Source: a virus (Duplodnaviria > Heunggongvirae > Uroviricota > Caudoviricetes). Taken from it: a stretch of DNA of 15,026 bases. How positions within the stretch are numbered: position 1 is the stretch's first letter; each line of letters starts with the position of its first letter. Location: IMG/VR virus record IMGVR_UViG_3300025735_000005; one strand, given 5' to 3'. The translations under genes and the position numbers were made by a program. The notes beneath the pieces were generated by a model, which saw nothing but the letters and a program-made list of their open reading frames with translations, searched no databases and was not told where the DNA came from. Shown piece by piece: positions 8,296 through 12,508 of this stretch.

Positions 8296-8478
8296 TCAGT
8301 CCAGTGTCCAGTGGAAAGAGCCTTTCTTTTGACCATCCACCACAGTTCGCTTTGCGCGGCCAATCGCCACAAAAGCAGTGAGCCAGCCAATGATGCCGAG
8401 AGCGGCACGGACGGAAAGCAGAATGCCAGCGATCACAACGACGTACCAAAGAAATTCGATCGAAGCAAAGAAACCCAT
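8296..8478 (-). CDS. Small membrane protein, 60 aa (start MGFFASIEF)
   Basis: GGAGA Shine-Dalgarno before the ATG at 8478, downstream of the promoter copy at 8512-8540; hydrophobic N-terminal half. Confidence 0.7.
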   Translation of the reverse strand: MGFFASIEFLWYVVVIAGILLSVRAALGIIGWLTAFVAIGRAKRTVVDGQKKGSFHWTLD

Positions 8479-8511
8479 TGTAGTTCTCCAGAAAGATATC
8501 TTTGAGGATAT

Positions 8512-8540
8512 CATATAAGATGACTGATTTTGCGCGTCAA
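8512..8540 (-). promoter_or_regulatory. Sigma70-like early promoter repeat, copy 1
   Basis: TTGACG-CGCAAAATCAGTCATCT-TATATG: -35, 17-nt spacer, -10-like. Near-identical to 8682-8710 and 10858-10886. Confidence 0.8.
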
Positions 8541-8662
8541 CCGCGCCTGCCACCGTTGATAACGTCAAGGATAAAATAGATGCCCATAACAATCATCTTT
8601 GCTAACTGCGTTGCGCACCATAAGCCCATCGCAATGACAGAGCCTACAAGTGTTTCCACCAT
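8537..8662 (-). CDS. Small membrane protein, 41 aa (not in ORF track)
   Basis: AGGAGA Shine-Dalgarno then ATG. Translates as MVETLVGSVIAMGLWCATQLAKMIVMGIYFILDVINGGRRG and lies between two promoter copies. Confidence 0.7.
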   Translation of the reverse strand: MVETLVGSVIAMGLWCATQLAKMIVMGIYFILDVINGGRRG

Positions 8663-8681
8663 ATTTATCTCCTATAGATAC

Positions 8682-8710
8682 CATATAAGATGACAGATTT
8701 TGCGTGTTAA
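8682..8710 (-). promoter_or_regulatory. Sigma70-like early promoter repeat, copy 2
   Basis: TTAACA-CGCAAAATCTGTCATCT-TATATG. Confidence 0.78.
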
Positions 8711-8811
8711 GGAACCAGTATATTTACAATGCGGCGAAGGATCCCAACATTCTTGTTGACGCGGCGGCTCAATTTCTTTCGATTCTGAGCAGAGCGCGCG
8801 ATTGACTTCAT
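8707..8811 (-). CDS. Small basic protein, 34 aa (not in ORF track)
   Basis: MKSIARSAQNRKKLSRRVNKNVGILRRIVNILVP fills the intergenic gap; weak Shine-Dalgarno; the stop overlaps the -35 of promoter copy 2. Confidence 0.45.
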   Translation of the reverse strand: MKSIARSAQNRKKLSRRVNKNVGILRRIVNILVP

Positions 8812-8834
8812 CCTAGGACGATCCCATTTATTTT

Positions 8835-9230
8835 TCACAAGAACAAATCCTTGACGCTCGCCTTAGCTTTCGGGGTAGTAGGCACCCCAAGGACTGTCTC
8901 AACAACAGGCGTATTCATCAAGTCATATAACTTAGCGCGTGCAGACCAAACGGCATCATACAGATGAATACCACCACCGCGTACAGAGCCTTTCGGATGG
9001 ACGAGCGTGACTGAGTAAGAGCCAATCTGGCTGTCGTAGCCTGGCGGGTCTAACTCAATTGTCATTTTATATCCAGCTGTTTCAGTGAACAGCTTCATGA
9101 GCGCCATATCGAGTTCTATAAGCTCTTCGCGACTCTTTGGGATTGGTGTATTTATCCAATCGTTGCGGCGTTTACTTTCGGTCGCCCACGCGATTTCTCT
9201 CTCGCGACGTGTTGGTCCTTTGTACGTCAT
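8835..9230 (-). CDS. Hypothetical protein (probable start MTYKGPT at 9230)
   Basis: AGGAAGG Shine-Dalgarno before the ATG at 9230; 131-aa ORF of protein-like composition. Confidence 0.75.
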   Translation of the reverse strand: MTYKGPTRREREIAWATESKRRNDWINTPIPKSREELIELDMALMKLFTETAGYKMTIELDPPGYDSQIGSYSVTLVHPKGSVRGGGIHLYDAVWSARAKLYDLMNTPVVETVLGVPTTPKAKASVKDLFL

Positions 9231-9597
9231 TTGAGGCCTTCCTATAAAAATTATGTGGACCAACCCTCGTAGTCAGCTTCAGCTGAGGCCAACTAACGCG
9301 GGATTTGGTTGTCTTAAAGAAAGTGGCGCCATATGTATTATCATTACCTAGGTTTTCAGCCAAAGACAATGCCATATTCCACTGCTTCCAGTCAGCTGTC
9401 TTTGGATTAATTCGCTGAGTAAAGCTAAGTCTTGCTGGTGCGAACTGCCCTGGGCGTCTTACCTCTTGCGCCACAGAAGTTCTCTCCTGTTTGACTCTAT
9501 TCATCACAACATGACCTACAGCGCGCATCTCGTCTCGAGAGCAACCTCTGCATTCGCCGAACATAGTAAGAGCCAAGAGGAGTAAAGTACCTGTCAC
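9172..9597 (-). CDS. SleB-like (Hydrolase_2) cell wall hydrolase
   Basis: LALTMFGECRG...AVGHVVMNRV...PGQF...DNTYGATFFKT...RVGPHNFYR is the Hydrolase_2 pattern, including the catalytic Glu in FGE. Confidence 0.88.
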   Translation of the reverse strand: MTGTLLLLALTMFGECRGCSRDEMRAVGHVVMNRVKQERTSVAQEVRRPGQFAPARLSFTQRINPKTADWKQWNMALSLAENLGNDNTYGATFFKTTKSRVSWPQLKLTTRVGPHNFYRKASNDVQRTNTSRERNRVGDRK

Positions 9598-9623
9598 ATT
9601 TCATTCTCGCATAGTTGATCCAA

Positions 9624-9929
9624 TTACGCCGCACATGGGGCAAAGGTTCTGGTACAGCGGCCGCCTTCATAGCTCTTAACCCAGACAGCATCTTGTTGAA
9701 GCAGAATCCAGGTATTGTATGCCTTGATGACGTCAGCTCTGGACTTGCAGTAAATATAATGTTTACGTCCATCTGTCGTCTGCATGACGATATAAAAATC
9801 ACCGCATTGTGCTTCTAGAGCATCAGCGAGGTTAAGCAGGCTGTCACGCCCCTGCGCAAACATCATGCTGATAGCATGGGGAAGTGTAGCAATAGAGCGA
9901 AGGGTATGGGCTGCAGTAAGTTTCAACAT
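9624..9929 (-). CDS. Hypothetical protein, 101 aa
   Basis: AGGAGA Shine-Dalgarno before the ATG; tightly packed with its neighbours. Confidence 0.75.
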   Translation of the reverse strand: MLKLTAAHTLRSIATLPHAISMMFAQGRDSLLNLADALEAQCGDFYIVMQTTDGRKHYIYCKSRADVIKAYNTWILLQQDAVWVKSYEGGRCTRTFAPCAA

Positions 9930-9940
9930 AAGGTCTCCTG

Positions 9941-10129
9941 TTAAAGAAGTTTCAAAAGATCACGCATAGACTTAGGGATATGTTTATCGATTGGCGGTGT
10001 CCCGAGGTATGTTACAGGCTTGCCTGCTTCAATCCTGACAATAGTCACCTTAGCGCCAAGAGGTATTGCATGACCGATTTTCACCACCCATGTGTAGCCT
10101 GGGTAGCGAAGCTCTAGCTCGGCTAGCAT
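9941..10129 (-). CDS. Hypothetical protein, 62 aa
   Basis: Start overlaps the upstream gene end; fits the operon packing. Confidence 0.65.
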   Translation of the reverse strand: MLAELELRYPGYTWVVKIGHAIPLGAKVTIVRIEAGKPVTYLGTPPIDKHIPKSMRDLLKLL

Positions 10130-10503
10130 TTTTGATTAGCGGCAGCCAGTTGAGCAGAGAGCCAACGTATTCGTTCTTTTGCAGCGGTCTGCCAGATAAT
10201 CAGGTCTAAATCATTTCTGTTGGCTAAGAAAATGCCATTGGCAATTTCAAAGTCAGATAGATCACCTTTTGCCAGGTCTGTTCGTTCGCGTCCCAGATAC
10301 TCGTTAGCAAGCATCTGGCCTGCTGGCGATTTCCAATGTCCCTTGACATATACTGGGGCAGGGTCAGCGCCTTGCATGATCTGTGTAAGTATGCATTCAC
10401 GGCATAGAAGTAATGCAGCGCTGAAACTACGTGCTTCGTGCTCAAAAGGGAAGGAGAAAGAACGGCTGCCCCAGGTAAACCTTGCAAAAACGCTGTAAGT
10501 CAT
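10123..10503 (-). CDS. Hypothetical protein (probable start MTYSVF at 10503)
   Basis: AAGGAG Shine-Dalgarno and ATGA coupling with the upstream ORF. Confidence 0.75.
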   Translation of the reverse strand: MTYSVFARFTWGSRSFSFPFEHEARSFSAALLLCRECILTQIMQGADPAPVYVKGHWKSPAGQMLANEYLGRERTDLAKGDLSDFEIANGIFLANRNDLDLIIWQTAAKERIRWLSAQLAAANQKC

Positions 10504-10730
10504 TTTTGTTTCTCCTTTGAGAAAAGATGCTTTGGAGCAATATACCAGCGCCTGCACCCTGTTGTTGCAATACAGTCGTCTACTTGTTCACGATTGCGGC
10601 AGATGCGCATCGTGTCAACAAAGGAACAAATCAAAAATTGCTTACCACTGTCGATTATACTTCTGACTTCGTCTTGAAACACATGCTGGAATTTTGCATC
10701 GAACTCTTTTCGTTTGTAAAGCTCAGGCAT
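10500..10730 (-). CDS. Hypothetical protein, 76 aa
   Basis: GGAGG Shine-Dalgarno; first clear gene after promoter copy 3. Confidence 0.75.
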   Translation of the reverse strand: MPELYKRKEFDAKFQHVFQDEVRSIIDSGKQFLICSFVDTMRICRNREQVDDCIATTGCRRWYIAPKHLFSKEKQK

Positions 10731-10824
10731 TCATTCCTCCGTTTGCAAGCATGAAAGAACAGAATAATAAATAAATTAATTACAACAACTGACAAGATAA
10801 GTGACACATCACCCTCCCAAAATT

Positions 10825-10858
10825 AAGGACACCAGCGCCATAGCACCGATGTCCTTTC
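10825..10858 (-). repeat. Conserved stem-loop, copy B
   Basis: GAAAGGACATCGG-N9-GCTGGTGTCCTT. The arms are 24/25 identical to 3142-3175 and the element directly follows the -10 box of promoter copy 3. Confidence 0.75.
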
Positions 10859-10886
10859 ATATAAGATGGCTGATTTTGCGTGTCAA
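10858..10886 (-). promoter_or_regulatory. Sigma70-like early promoter repeat, copy 3
   Basis: TTGACA-CGCAAAATCAGCCATCT-TATATG; perfect -35 consensus, overlapping the endolysin stop codon. Confidence 0.82.
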
Positions 10887-11422
10887 GCTTCGGAAGTTGA
10901 TAGCGATCCATTTGCAGCCATGAAGTATGGCTTATAGCTACGAGGCAAACCCGTGGTAAAAGGCACCTGGCGGGCCTTATACAGCCGCTTCTTTTCAATG
11001 CGCGTAAAGCAAACCTTGTCGCTTTGATTACCACCTAACACATGGTAGGCAGTGGCATCTTCAGCGATATAGAGGGCTACATGCCCACCACCCTCTCGCT
11101 TGAATGTCAGTACATCGCCTAGCGAAGGTTTAGACGATGCCTTTCCAAAGGAAGACCAATTCAGCGCGTATAGAGGGCCAACCGGCAATTTCTTACCAGC
11201 ACGCTGCGCGATGACAGCCATAAACAGCCCACACCAAGGTACATCATCGCCAGTATACTTGTAACCCAGCTTAGTGTCACCGACCTCTTCAGCCCATGAC
11301 ATAATAGTTGGATTACTGGCTTTTCCCGGCTTTTCAGTAGTACCCAGCAGCTGCAGAGCATGCTGCACCATAAGAGGAAGAGTGCCTACGGTATCCAGCC
11401 AGGCGTATTCCACAGGAATCAT
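10883..11422 (-). CDS. Endolysin, NlpC/P60-CHAP-like peptidase (TIGR02594-like)
   Basis: DVPWCGLFMA (catalytic Cys), ALNWSSFG, GDVLTFKREGGGHVALY (catalytic His), HVLGGNQSDKV; located next to a holin-like gene. Confidence 0.88.
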   Translation of the reverse strand: MIPVEYAWLDTVGTLPLMVQHALQLLGTTEKPGKASNPTIMSWAEEVGDTKLGYKYTGDDVPWCGLFMAVIAQRAGKKLPVGPLYALNWSSFGKASSKPSLGDVLTFKREGGGHVALYIAEDATAYHVLGGNQSDKVCFTRIEKKRLYKARQVPFTTGLPRSYKPYFMAANGSLSTSEA

Positions 11423-11580
11423 AGAATCTCCTTTACAGCAATATTAACTACCTCTTTGACAAGAGGATCGTCTTTCTTGATCTTGTCTGCAATCTCTGCA
11501 GCGGCTTCTGTCACGACGACACTAGCAGCTGGCTTAGAGATTTTCAGGATCAGTCCCAACAGTAGATTTAGAATCTTCAT
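11419..11580 (-). CDS. Small lysis-cassette protein (probable start MKILNLL at 11580, 53 aa)
   Basis: AAGGA Shine-Dalgarno, N-terminal hydrophobic segment, stop overlaps the endolysin ATG (ATGA). Confidence 0.6.
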   Translation of the reverse strand: MKILNLLLGLILKISKPAASVVVTEAAAEIADKIKKDDPLVKEVVNIAVKEIL

Positions 11581-11791
11581 TCGTCTTTTCCTTATCTTTA
11601 GATGACCCAAAATACCAATTGACAATAGTTGCGAGCAGGGTGCCTAACATAAAACCCAGCACAGTATCGGCAAATCTAATATTGTCTTTTGGTATATCAT
11701 GAAAAGTGATGGAAGTTAGATAACCAGCTCCATAAAGCGACCAAAAGAGCGCTAGCATAGTCCTGGTATCAGGTATTTTGAAGGTAGACAT
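11534..11791 (-). CDS. Putative holin (two transmembrane segments, charged C-terminus)
   Basis: TM1 MLALFWSLYGAGYLTSI, TM2 VLGFMLGTLLATIVNWYFGSS, charged tail KDKEKTNED; upstream of the endolysin. Confidence 0.7.
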   Translation of the reverse strand: MSTFKIPDTRTMLALFWSLYGAGYLTSITFHDIPKDNIRFADTVLGFMLGTLLATIVNWYFGSSKDKEKTNEDSKSTVGTDPENL

Positions 11792-11879
11792 AATAGGGAT
11801 CCTATAGAGGGTAAGGTATAGGGTAGATCATCTATCATCCTCTACCCTTATACTCCCAATTAACCGGACATAAATATCA

Positions 11880-11894
11880 TTAATTTAACGGGTT
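11880..11894 (-). promoter_or_regulatory. Candidate phage-RNAP promoter, copy 2 (AACCCGTTAAATTAA)
   Basis: 14/15 identity to 3856-3870; intergenic, upstream of the lysis cassette, followed by a long hairpin at 11816-11853. Confidence 0.4.
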
Positions 11895-11938
11895 GATGTA
11901 TGCATTATCTACTTACAAACCTTTGAAGCATACCTGCA

Positions 11939-12508
11939 CTAAGATTTCTGCGTAGCATAATCCTTAATCGCATTCTGGCGCGTTTCAGAGGTGCTGGAGG
12001 CTTCCCTGCGCCCACACGCGTCGCCGTGCCCAGCGACAGTTTTTGCTTTGCTACTGTGCCATTTTGTGCGCCGCGTGAGCATCCGCCCGGTCCAGCGCCA
12101 GTTATTTTTCTCTAAGATACGTTTGAAAGTTTCTGAAGAACTAGAAATTACGCTACTTGTAAGAACAATCTCGTATCTACGCTGTTCTGCCCAATTAAAT
12201 AAATGTTCGTGGAATTCTATTAAAGCCTTAACCGCCTTGGTGCCACGTAACGTTGTATGGTAGTACAGTTGTGTTAGAGCTTTTATAGGACTGTGATAAT
12301 TACCAGCCCCATCGCAAGCTAAAAGCCATCCCACAACTATACCATCGATTTCCATTACTTTGAAATAAGACTGGCGCAGATAGAATTCAAATGCTTTCCG
12401 ACAACTAACCTCGTCAGATGGAAAATCCTCATCGTTTTCATCAAAGAATAAAGTAGAGGACATTCTATATATTGCATTAAAATCGCTTCTACGACCAGTC
12501 CGTATCAT
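11939..12508 (-). CDS. GNAT-fold acetyltransferase-like protein
   Basis: MIRTGRRSDFNAIYRM (beta1-alpha1), FKVMEIDGIVVGWLLA (beta2-beta3), LYYHTTLRGTKAVKAL (motif A-like), FKRILEKNNW (motif B-like). ATGA coupling to the tail gene. Confidence 0.7.
   Translation of the reverse strand: MIRTGRRSDFNAIYRMSSTLFFDENDEDFPSDEVSCRKAFEFYLRQSYFKVMEIDGIVVGWLLACDGAGNYHSPIKALTQLYYHTTLRGTKAVKALIEFHEHLFNWAEQRRYEIVLTSSVISSSSETFKRILEKNNWRWTGRMLTRRTKWHSSKAKTVAGHGDACGRREASSTSETRQNAIKDYATQKS

Noticed and set aside
8512-8710. CRISPR mini-array formed by the 29-bp repeats
   Set aside because: The spacing (141 nt between the close pair, about 2.1 kb to the third copy) contains protein-coding ORFs, the repeat has -35/-10 architecture, and no cas genes are present.
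10655-10807. 50-aa ORF (GTG after GGGAGG; MSLILSVVVINLFIILFFHAC...) as a spanin lipoprotein
   Set aside because: FHAC is not a canonical lipobox, the ORF overlaps the next gene by about 76 nt, and it lies after the early promoter. It may be a real small membrane ORF, but the spanin call is unsupported.
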